From a virus (lineage: Duplodnaviria; Caudoviricetes), in IMG/VR virus record IMGVR_UViG_3300007734_000510, positions 1 through 25,382 of that record: a stretch of 25,382 bases of DNA; one strand, given 5' to 3'. The position numbers and the translations under genes are program-made. Below are positions 1-7,788 of this stretch, piece after piece. The number at the start of each line of letters is the position of its first letter. The stretch's first letter is position 1. The notes under the pieces were generated by a model, which was given only the letters and a program-made list of their open reading frames with translations, did not search any database and was not told the DNA's origin.

Positions 1-93
1 GCAACCCGTAGGCAGGACATGAAGGACGACATCATGGAGGACATCCACGACCTTCAGGTGCGCGTCAAATTGATGGAGGAGCGCGGCAAATGA
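1..93 (+). CDS. 3' end of a gene truncated by the window edge (ATRRQDMKDDIMEDIHDLQVRVKLMEERGK*)
   Basis: Frame 1 is open from base 1 to TGA at 91-93, which overlaps the holin ATG (ATGA, 90-93). The peptide looks coiled-coil-like. Confidence 0.7.
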   Translation, partial: ATRRQDMKDDIMEDIHDLQVRVKLMEERGK

Positions 94-575
94 TGACGAT
101 GATTAGCACCTTTCTGTCATTCCTTGCGGGTGGACTACCCAAGATTCTGTCGATCTTCCAAGACCGTCAGGACAAGAAGCACGAACTTGCTTTGGTCGCA
201 GCGCAAAAGGAACGCGAACTGGCGTTGGCTGAACGCGGGCTGATTGCACAGGCGCGGGTCGAGGAAATCAAACTGGAGCAAATCCAGACCCAGACGGCTG
301 GCGAGGAACGGCAAGCCTTATACGCCCACGACATTGAGATCGGCAAGGGCGCAAGTCAGTGGATGATTAACCTGCGGGCCAGTGTGCGCCCGGTGGTGAC
401 GTACATCTTTGTGTTGGAACTTGTCGCGCTGAACGTGGCCGGTGTGTGGTACGCATGGCATCAAGGCGTGCCGTTTGCGATTGCGATGGAGAATGTATTC
501 TCAGATGATGAGATGCTGATTCTGAGCAGCATAATTGCGTTTTGGTTTGGTACGCAGGCATTTAACAAGAAATGA
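90..575 (+). CDS. Putative holin (3TM 'gene-transfer release' holin-like)
   Basis: Hydrophobic N-terminus, coiled-coil spacer, 'LRASVRPVVTYIF' leading into a TM segment, and a C-terminal TM ending 'IIAFWFG..FNKK'. Lies directly upstream of a lysozyme with an ATGA overlap. Confidence 0.75.
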   Translation: MMTMISTFLSFLAGGLPKILSIFQDRQDKKHELALVAAQKERELALAERGLIAQARVEEIKLEQIQTQTAGEERQALYAHDIEIGKGASQWMINLRASVRPVVTYIFVLELVALNVAGVWYAWHQGVPFAIAMENVFSDDEMLILSSIIAFWFGTQAFNKK

Positions 576-1060
576 AAGTGTCTGCCGCCGCCATTAAAAC
601 CATAAAACACCACGAGGGCGTCAAGACGCGGCCTTACCGCTGTCCGGCTCTTTTGTGGAGTGTGGGCGTCGGCCATGTCATTGATCCCTCGCATATTGCG
701 GTAAAATATGAAGAGCGGCGAAACCTACCGATACCAGATGGCTGGGACCGAAGCCTCGCGATGGACGAGGTGGACGCTATCCTTGCTCAAGACCTTGCGA
801 AGTTTGAGCGCGGCGTGGCCCGACTTTGCCCTGCTTCTACTAATAGCCAAGGCATCTTCGACGCTCTGGTTTCCTTCAGTTTCAACGTGGGCCTTGGAAA
901 TCTGCAACGCTCTGGGCTGCGGATGAAGACAAACCGGGGTGAGTTTCAGGACGCTGCGGAAGAGTTCATGAAGTGGACCAAAGCCGCAGGTCGTGTACTT
1001 CCCGGACTGGTTAAACGCAGGCAAGACGAACGTGCCATGTATTTGTCTGGGGTAGCGTAA
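572..1060 (+). CDS. Endolysin, phage lysozyme (GH24 muramidase)
   Basis: HEG..PYRCPA..WSVGVGH catalytic region (E15-x8-C24-x5-S30), 'FDALVSFSFNVGLG', and 'W.KAAGRVLPGLVKRRQDE' C-terminal signature. Confidence 0.95.
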   Translation: MKVSAAAIKTIKHHEGVKTRPYRCPALLWSVGVGHVIDPSHIAVKYEERRNLPIPDGWDRSLAMDEVDAILAQDLAKFERGVARLCPASTNSQGIFDALVSFSFNVGLGNLQRSGLRMKTNRGEFQDAAEEFMKWTKAAGRVLPGLVKRRQDERAMYLSGVA

Positions 1061-3348
1061 TGCCTTTGCAGAAAGTTGATCTCCGACCGGGAGTGAACAG
1101 AGAAACGACGAACTACGCCAACGAAGGCGGTTTTTTCGTTTCTGAGAAGGTCCGGTTCCGGGGAGGATTCGCCCAGAAGATAGGTGGATGGCAGAACATC
1201 ACCTCGTCTGGCGAAACCTATGTCGGAGTAGCCCGGTACATCTGGAACTATGTGACGCTTCTGTCCCAGAACCTTTTGGCTTTGGGAACCAACCAGAAAC
1301 TCTACATGGAACTGGGTGGTACCTATCACGACATCACCCCGCTCAGAACGACGGTTACCCTTGGCACTGACCCCATTGCTACGACAAGTGGCAGTCGGCT
1401 AGTCACCATCACGGCAACCTCCCACGGCGCGCCTCCCGGAACTTACATCACGATCAGTGGTGCCACGGCTGTAGGTGGCATTACGGTTTCCGGTGAATAC
1501 GAGATTATTGGTGTCCCTTCGGATAACACCTACACCATCATTGCTGCGACTGCGGCAAGTTCGACCGCTACAGGTGGCGGTTCAGCCGTTTCAGTGGCAT
1601 ACCAGATCAATGCTGGTCCTGCGGTAGCCAGTTCTGCAATCGGCTGGGGTAGTGGACCATGGGGCTTTGGCGGATGGGGTTCCAGTACGCCTATCGGCAT
1701 ATCCATGCGACTCTGGTCCATCCTCAACTATGGCGACGATGCCATCTTTGCGGAACGCGAAGGCAACATTTACTACTGGACTGCTGACACCACCACATGG
1801 TCACGGGCCACCACCCTCAAAGCCAAGATCAATACGATCCCCAAGGTTTCAACCATAGCCACCTTTGCTTCGGGCGCTACAACCATTGTGGTAACTGACC
1901 CGACAGGCATCAATACAGGCTCTGTCATCTCCGGTAGCGGCATCCCGGCTGGAACCTATGTCACGGCATCATGGAACGGATCAACGTCCCTAACGCTTTC
2001 TGCGGCGACTACAGGTTCCGGGACAGTGGCTATCACGGCGTCTTATTCAGGTCTTCATGCCCCTGATGAAACCATGGGGATCAACCTGTCTCCAGTCAGC
2101 AATTTCCTAATCTGTTTAGGCTCAAAGCCTTATGACCCTACCAATTTCGGTACGGCTTTTGATCCTTTGCTAGTGAGATGGTCGGATCAGGAAAACCCAT
2201 ATGAGTGGGTGCCTGAAATCACTAACCAGTCTGGTGAGCAAAGACTATCCAACGGGTCATTCATTGTGACCTCTACCGCCACCCGTCAAGAGATTGTGAT
2301 CTTTACGGACACTGCGGTTTATTCGATGCAGTATGTAGGACCGCCGTTTGTGTGGTCGTTTAACCTGCTGGATCAGAACGTATCTGTTGCATCTCAGAAT
2401 GCAGTGGTTAGCGTTGACAACAGCGTCTACTGGATGGGCGATGACAACTTCTTCGTCTACAACGGTCGTGTCCAAACACTTCCTTGCACCCTAAGACAGC
2501 ATGTCTTTTCTACTCTGAATAGAGACCAAATTTCTCAGGTGATATCTGGGATCAATGAGCCATTCAGTGAAGTGTGGTGGTTCTATCCGGGTACTGATAG
2601 CCAAGTAAATAGTCTGTATGTAGCGTTTAACTACAGAGATGGCACATGGCATTACGGAAATTTAAACAGAACAGCCTATGTCCAGCAGACGCTCAGAACC
2701 TATCCCATGCTGGCAAAAAGCGTTCAGGCTTCGTATTTGTCTGCTGCAATCAATTCGACTGACGCGACCCTTACGTTGCTCAATGCGGCTTCATACCCAA
2801 ACACGGGGACGGTGGTCGTTGGCAATGAGGAGATTACCTACACTGGAGTTAGTGGTAACTCACTGACAGGGTGTGTTCGCGGCGTTAACAACACCGTTGC
2901 CGCTTCTCATGCCATCTATTCTACGGTTGCCATGAAGGCACCCAACCAAGTCATGTTCCATGAGATTGGCTTGGACAATGTAGAAACGGGTGTCCCGGAA
3001 CCCATCACGGCCTACATCGAAACCTCAGATTTCGATATTGGCGATGGAGATCGATTCAGTTTCGTATCTCGCATCATTCCTGACCTGAAGTTTTTGGGGT
3101 CTTCTGCCAGTTCCCCGTCAGTTACCTTGACCTTGTACCCGCACAACTATCCGGGTGCTATTTATGGAACAGGGGATTCAGACCCAGTTACCGCGACAGT
3201 GGTGCTACCGGTTGAAAGATATACGGAGCAGGTCTATACCCGCATCAGGGGTAGGCAGTTAGCCCTCCGTGTGACCTCATCTGACCTTGGTGTGGCATGG
3301 CAGATGGGTGCGATGCGTTTAGATATTAGACCAGATGGGCGGAGATAA
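1060..3348 (+). CDS. Virion tail nozzle / head-stabilisation-like protein (P22 gp10 / T7 gp12 positional analogue) with inserted Thr/Ser/Gly-rich beta modules
   Basis: 762 aa, beta-propeller-like content ('LVRWSDQENP..W', 'VYWMG..NFFVYNGRVQTLPC', 'FSEVWWFYP'), C-terminal 'RIRGRQ...WQMG.MRLDIRPDGRR', and a position upstream of the ejection genes. Confidence 0.7.
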   Translation: MPLQKVDLRPGVNRETTNYANEGGFFVSEKVRFRGGFAQKIGGWQNITSSGETYVGVARYIWNYVTLLSQNLLALGTNQKLYMELGGTYHDITPLRTTVTLGTDPIATTSGSRLVTITATSHGAPPGTYITISGATAVGGITVSGEYEIIGVPSDNTYTIIAATAASSTATGGGSAVSVAYQINAGPAVASSAIGWGSGPWGFGGWGSSTPIGISMRLWSILNYGDDAIFAEREGNIYYWTADTTTWSRATTLKAKINTIPKVSTIATFASGATTIVVTDPTGINTGSVISGSGIPAGTYVTASWNGSTSLTLSAATTGSGTVAITASYSGLHAPDETMGINLSPVSNFLICLGSKPYDPTNFGTAFDPLLVRWSDQENPYEWVPEITNQSGEQRLSNGSFIVTSTATRQEIVIFTDTAVYSMQYVGPPFVWSFNLLDQNVSVASQNAVVSVDNSVYWMGDDNFFVYNGRVQTLPCTLRQHVFSTLNRDQISQVISGINEPFSEVWWFYPGTDSQVNSLYVAFNYRDGTWHYGNLNRTAYVQQTLRTYPMLAKSVQASYLSAAINSTDATLTLLNAASYPNTGTVVVGNEEITYTGVSGNSLTGCVRGVNNTVAASHAIYSTVAMKAPNQVMFHEIGLDNVETGVPEPITAYIETSDFDIGDGDRFSFVSRIIPDLKFLGSSASSPSVTLTLYPHNYPGAIYGTGDSDPVTATVVLPVERYTEQVYTRIRGRQLALRVTSSDLGVAWQMGAMRLDIRPDGRR

Positions 3349-3351
3349 ATC

Positions 3352-3549
3352 ATGGCCCAAACGAACATTCTCAATACGGTCGCCCCCAATCTTCCGGTTG
3401 CAACCAATGACTATGAACGCCGATATCAGGATCAGTTCACGAACGTCCTGCGTCTTTACTTCAGGCAGGTGGACAACAGCAACGAGCAGTTGATCAAAGC
3501 CGCCAACAGCCTCTCAGTAATGAACTGGTTAAACACAGGATCATACTGA
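3352..3549 (+). CDS. Small virion protein; resembles the N-terminal anchor of tail needle/fibre proteins
   Basis: 65 aa, 'APNLPVA..DY...YQDQF.NVLRLYF.QVD' followed by a short helix. Tightly packed after the nozzle gene; its TGA overlaps the next ATG by one base. Confidence 0.6.
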   Translation: MAQTNILNTVAPNLPVATNDYERRYQDQFTNVLRLYFRQVDNSNEQLIKAANSLSVMNWLNTGSY

Positions 3550-3884
3550 TGGCTTTTCAGAATATCGTCGGATACAAGTTAGGTCAGGCAACAGCACCGA
3601 CCTCCTACTTCACGCTGTATACCGTACCTGCCAACACCCGTACCTACGTCAAAGACCTAGACATTTGCAACACCACAGCGGGGTCGTTGAGGTTCTACAT
3701 CCATTTGGTTCCGGCAGGAAAGTCTGCCGACACCAGCAATGCGCTGTTCTACAACGCGCCCATCAATGCAAATAGCACGGTCCAATGGACAGGCTCTGCG
3801 ATCATGAATGCGGGAGACACCATCCAAATCAAGGCTAGTGCGACAGGGTGTGTCATTGGCGCAACAGGCGGTGAAGCGACATGA
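3549..3884 (+). CDS. Small beta-sandwich structural protein (hypothetical)
   Basis: 111 aa, 'TLYTVPA..RTYVK.L.ICNT' and 'MNAGDTIQIKAS' alternating beta pattern; coupled to both neighbours. Confidence 0.65.
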   Translation: MAFQNIVGYKLGQATAPTSYFTLYTVPANTRTYVKDLDICNTTAGSLRFYIHLVPAGKSADTSNALFYNAPINANSTVQWTGSAIMNAGDTIQIKASATGCVIGATGGEAT

Positions 3885-5140
3885 CCATTACTGTCTATCC
3901 GCCGTATGGGTCTGACCCTAACAACCCGATCTATATCAACTTTAATCCGACCGCAACGGATGCATTCGGTCGCCTACAGGTGTCTGAGCCTTACACGCTC
4001 TTTGATAGCCAGAATCGCTACGCAATTGACAACCAATTCAATACCTCCACTTCGGGTACCGGAACTACTTCGTTTTTAACCAACGAAGCATCTGTGAAAA
4101 TGGAGGTCACTGGAGCAGGCGTTGGCTCAGTTGTCAGGCAGTCTTATCGATCCTTCCCTTATCAGCCCGGTAAAGGCTTGCTGGTTCTTGCGACGTTCGT
4201 TATGGACAGCAGCAGCAGTGCCAACCTGACTCAGCGTGTAGGGTATTTCAACACCCAGAATGGAGTGTTCTTACAGCGTGTAGGAACCACGCCTTCTTTC
4301 GTACTTCGTTCTTATGTGACGGGTACTGCAAGTGATGCAAGAACCGTCAATCAATCTTCTTGGAATGGCGACAAGTTAGACGGCACTGGTCCTAGCGGAA
4401 TTACCCTTGATCTATCCAAAGCACAGATTCTATGGATGGACTTTGAATGGCTGGGTGTTGGGTCTATTCGCTGTGGCTTTGTGATCAACGGTGTGTTCAT
4501 CCTTTGTCACACGTTTAACAATGCCAACGAAATCTCTAACGTCTACATGACAACCGCCACACTGCCGGTTCGTTATGAGATTACTTCTGTTACATCTGCC
4601 GTTGCGGCAAGCATGAAGCAGATTTGTAGCACGGTTATATCTGAAGGTGGTTATGAGCAGGCGTCGATTGAGCATGTGGCGCGACGCACCACAATATTTA
4701 ACAATATCGATACGGCTGCAAACTTTTATCCCATCGCGTCGATTCGACTTGCATCGACCGCGTTGGGAGCGGTAGTCATTCCAAACCGCATTCAGTTCCA
4801 GCCGACAACGCTCCAGAACTATGAGATTGCGTTGATTAAAAACCCGACACTAACCGGTGCTTCGTGGGCGGCAGTATCGTCTGACGCGAACGTCGAAATG
4901 GACGTATCAGCGACCGCTATTTCTGCTGCCGGAACCATCGTCCAAACCGGATACATTGCCAACACAGGCGGTGGTGGTCAGACCAGCACGGTGGCCCCAA
5001 CGGGATACAACTGGGATACCCAATTGGGGGCATCCATTTCTGGAACCAGCGACATCTACACCTTGGGAGTCCGGACCATCTCCGGCGCTACCAAGGGGGA
5101 CGGAGTTGGGGCTATTTCGTTCTACGACTTAACACAGTAA
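3881..5140 (+). CDS. Beta-rich virion structural protein, possible tail-tip/receptor-binding protein ('DAFGRL.VS' type)
   Basis: 419 aa, motifs DAFGRLQVSEP, RQS...FPYQPGKG, WNGDKLDGTGPSG, DFEWLGVG.IRCGF. ATGA overlap with the preceding gene. Confidence 0.6.
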   Translation: MTITVYPPYGSDPNNPIYINFNPTATDAFGRLQVSEPYTLFDSQNRYAIDNQFNTSTSGTGTTSFLTNEASVKMEVTGAGVGSVVRQSYRSFPYQPGKGLLVLATFVMDSSSSANLTQRVGYFNTQNGVFLQRVGTTPSFVLRSYVTGTASDARTVNQSSWNGDKLDGTGPSGITLDLSKAQILWMDFEWLGVGSIRCGFVINGVFILCHTFNNANEISNVYMTTATLPVRYEITSVTSAVAASMKQICSTVISEGGYEQASIEHVARRTTIFNNIDTAANFYPIASIRLASTALGAVVIPNRIQFQPTTLQNYEIALIKNPTLTGASWAAVSSDANVEMDVSATAISAAGTIVQTGYIANTGGGGQTSTVAPTGYNWDTQLGASISGTSDIYTLGVRTISGATKGDGVGAISFYDLTQ

Positions 5141-5160
5141 TGAGTGACTTTGTGATCTCA

Positions 5161-5189
5161 TTGAAATTTAAACGCTCTTACAACAGAAT
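5161..5189 (+). promoter_or_regulatory. Candidate sigma70-type promoter TTGAAA-N17-CAGAAT
   Basis: -35 TTGAAA (5161-5166), exact 17-nt spacer, -10 CAGAAT (5184-5189). Lies in the only sizeable AT-rich gap of the + strand gene block. Confidence 0.45.
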
Positions 5190-5227
5190 CCATGGAGCCG
5201 TGGCTCCGCGCAACCCAAGGAGTTGCC

Positions 5228-7786
5228 ATGTATAACGCCCCTTACGCAGGAGTCGCAGATCAACTTGCCAAGTTTGGTAGGTATGGTGACTCAGAATTAG
5301 TACACCTGAACCCGATTGAGGTTCAGATGTTGGCCTCCTTGTCGCCTACCGGTCAGTTAACGACTAACCCTATGACTGGCAGAAAAGAAGCCTTCCTGCC
5401 TTTCCTCGCCCCTCTTCTGGGATCGTTCCTTGGATCGTCCCTACTGACCGGTACAGGCGCTGCCCTTCTAGGTGGCGCAGGACTCAGTTCCGCCGCAGCA
5501 GGAGCCATTGGATCGGGCCTCGCCACAGCCGCCGCTACGGGTGACCTTGAGCAGGGCATCCTCTCAGGCATCACCGGATTCGGTTTGGGACAGGCTTTCG
5601 GTGCAGCGGGTGATGCGCTGTCCAAGACTGGCGCAAATGCTGCAACCCAAGGGGCCACTCAGGCGGCTACTGGAACTGCTGATGTTCTTGGCAAGGGATT
5701 CCAGATCACTCCGGAAGGACTGACTGGGCAGGGTTTGCCATCGTCAATCACTCCGGAAACAATGATCAATGCCCCGGCTTCTCAGTTTACGGGGAGCCTT
5801 GCCAATGCGCCGTCTGCATTGACTGGTATGCCAACCGTTGCCTCTCAGGCTGGTGGCATGGGCAGTGCAATTCAGTCTCCGGGTGCGCCCCCATTGAGTG
5901 CCACTCAGCGCATGGCTGCGCCGTTTCAAGAACCCGGTGCATTCCTCAACCAACTGTCATCCCCCGGTTCTTTCCTCCCCATGTATGTGGGCGAGACCGG
6001 TCGCATGGCTCGTGAGCAAGAACTCATGGGTCGCGGCAGCATGGCTGAGTACGAAAGGGAGCAGGAAAAGGAACGTAAGCGTGTCAGGGACCAGATGGGC
6101 GGTGTGTTCAATGCCATCCGTTCTGCTTATCCGGGCGTTGGATACGCTCAGGGCGGCTACATAGACCGCTACTACGACGGCGGCAGCATCGAAGAGCAAG
6201 CGCAAAGGGCTGCTGACAGGGCGTTGTTTAACGCTGGCATCCCAGAGGCCAAGGACGTTCAGTTGTCACTTCGTGGTCAGTACGCACTGACCCCTCCGAA
6301 AGCCAGTTACTCCGCATTGGATGTGGGCGGTGAAGGCTATCTACCGGGTGTTGCACCTGAGTTCAGGTACTTCACTGACGTAGACCCCAATGCTCCCCCT
6401 AAAGATGAGGCAGGCGCTCCGGGTGGCATTGGTCCGGGAGTTGGTAAAGACATTGCCGGAACACCCGGCTTCAACCTTGAAGACTTCCTTGGGAACTTTG
6501 GTGGATACCGACGTTTCTTCGGAAATCAGGGACAAACTGCTCCTATTGAAACCCCTGAAACTGTCACCCCGCCTGATCAGGACATGATTGCCTATCCGGG
6601 TGGCAGCAAGGATTTTGATGAACTCATTGGTCAGTATCGTGATCGTGGCAATCTGGAAAACTTCCCCGGAGTTATTTCTCAGGACGGTGAAGAAATGCCG
6701 GGAGTCCCTCAGGTTCCGGGCGACATCATTGAAAGATTGGCTCCGGAACGGAGGCCCGAAGTTGTTCCGTTCCCGATGCCGGAAATGGAGCAGCCTCCTG
6801 TTTCTGAACAGTTCGCTGAACGTCCCGCGCCTCAAATAAGTCTTGAGCAATTCATAAGAAATGCTGGGGGAGATTTAGCGGCAGGACTTGATCGTATGCC
6901 TCCGCCTGTCATGAGTGGTGAACCGGCTACTATGAGTCGTAAGGTTGAGCCGGATATTTCAAGGATGGGCATTGCCAGTCTAGGTGCCACCAATCCGTTT
7001 ACCGGTATGCCAGACATCCAGATGCCTGCCCCGCAAATGGCTGCTCCGCAAATGGCTGCACCTCCGGCTTCTTCTTCGATTCCGGAATTTGACTTTACTG
7101 CACCGAACAGAACTTATGCTGAGGCAATGCAGGAGTATCAGCCGCAGGCCGCACCGGAACTCAGTTTCCCTGATCTTACTGAAGCAGACCTGCGTCGGTT
7201 CCGTGGTAGAGGGATTGAAGAACTCATCTCTGCGCCTGCTGTTGAAGCCTATCAAGCGCCAACGTATGAACTGCCTGTCTACAGCCAGCCTTCAGTCTAC
7301 GATGAGTATGGTTTAAACGAAGCAAGCCTTGCTGACATGGGTCTCTTTGCAGAAGGCGGTATGACTGAAGTTGATGCGTCTTCTGTTGATGCAGGCAACC
7401 AGTTGGTAGAAATGACTGTGGCTGCGATTCGCGGAGAAGTCGAAAACGCGGATCAGATCATCAATGCATTCATCCAGCAGTATGGTCCGGAACTGTTCAT
7501 GGACCTTCGCGAGAGAGTGCTTCAAGACATCATTCCGGGCGCACAGACCCAAGGAATGATTGAAGGTGAAGGCGGCGGTCAGGATGATCTCGTTGAAGGA
7601 ATGATCGGCACACAGCGTCCTGTAGCGGTGTCACCGGGCGAATACATCATCCCTGCGGATGCTGTAGCCCTTGCGGGTGGCGGTTACTCAGGAGACGGTG
7701 CAAAGTTCTTTGATGGACTTGTCGATGATATTCGTCAGAAAACAATGGGAACCACTCAACAAGTGCGCCCCTATAGGAGTGCTTAA
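5228..7786 (+). CDS. Putative internal virion / injected protein with conserved terminal domains and phi-x-x-GG motifs (start re-called from 5192 to 5228)
   Basis: SD AAGGAG (5217-5222) precedes ATG 5228. N-domain GRYGDSELVHLNP.E...TTNPMTG..EAF, Gly/Ala-rich hydrophobic segments, long Pro/Glu-rich linker, C-domain GMIEGEGGGQDD...VSPGEYIIPADAV...G.SGDGA. Confidence 0.65.
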   Translation: MYNAPYAGVADQLAKFGRYGDSELVHLNPIEVQMLASLSPTGQLTTNPMTGRKEAFLPFLAPLLGSFLGSSLLTGTGAALLGGAGLSSAAAGAIGSGLATAAATGDLEQGILSGITGFGLGQAFGAAGDALSKTGANAATQGATQAATGTADVLGKGFQITPEGLTGQGLPSSITPETMINAPASQFTGSLANAPSALTGMPTVASQAGGMGSAIQSPGAPPLSATQRMAAPFQEPGAFLNQLSSPGSFLPMYVGETGRMAREQELMGRGSMAEYEREQEKERKRVRDQMGGVFNAIRSAYPGVGYAQGGYIDRYYDGGSIEEQAQRAADRALFNAGIPEAKDVQLSLRGQYALTPPKASYSALDVGGEGYLPGVAPEFRYFTDVDPNAPPKDEAGAPGGIGPGVGKDIAGTPGFNLEDFLGNFGGYRRFFGNQGQTAPIETPETVTPPDQDMIAYPGGSKDFDELIGQYRDRGNLENFPGVISQDGEEMPGVPQVPGDIIERLAPERRPEVVPFPMPEMEQPPVSEQFAERPAPQISLEQFIRNAGGDLAAGLDRMPPPVMSGEPATMSRKVEPDISRMGIASLGATNPFTGMPDIQMPAPQMAAPQMAAPPASSSIPEFDFTAPNRTYAEAMQEYQPQAAPELSFPDLTEADLRRFRGRGIEELISAPAVEAYQAPTYELPVYSQPSVYDEYGLNEASLADMGLFAEGGMTEVDASSVDAGNQLVEMTVAAIRGEVENADQIINAFIQQYGPELFMDLRERVLQDIIPGAQTQGMIEGEGGGQDDLVEGMIGTQRPVAVSPGEYIIPADAVALAGGGYSGDGAKFFDGLVDDIRQKTMGTTQQVRPYRSA

Positions 7787-7788
7787 CC

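Noticed and set aside
572-1370. Nested spanin (Rz/Rz1) genes near the lysis cassette, e.g. 708-926 + or 1188-1370 +
   Set aside because: No N-terminal TM or lipobox in these ORFs. Spanins, if any, lie outside the window.
5192-5227. ORF-track start at 5192
   Set aside because: No SD upstream, and it lies at the predicted transcription start. ATG 5228 has AAGGAG at normal spacing.
7019-7063. Short 15-nt repeat (QMPAP QMAAP QMAAP)
   Set aside because: Ordinary slippage in a disordered Pro-rich linker.
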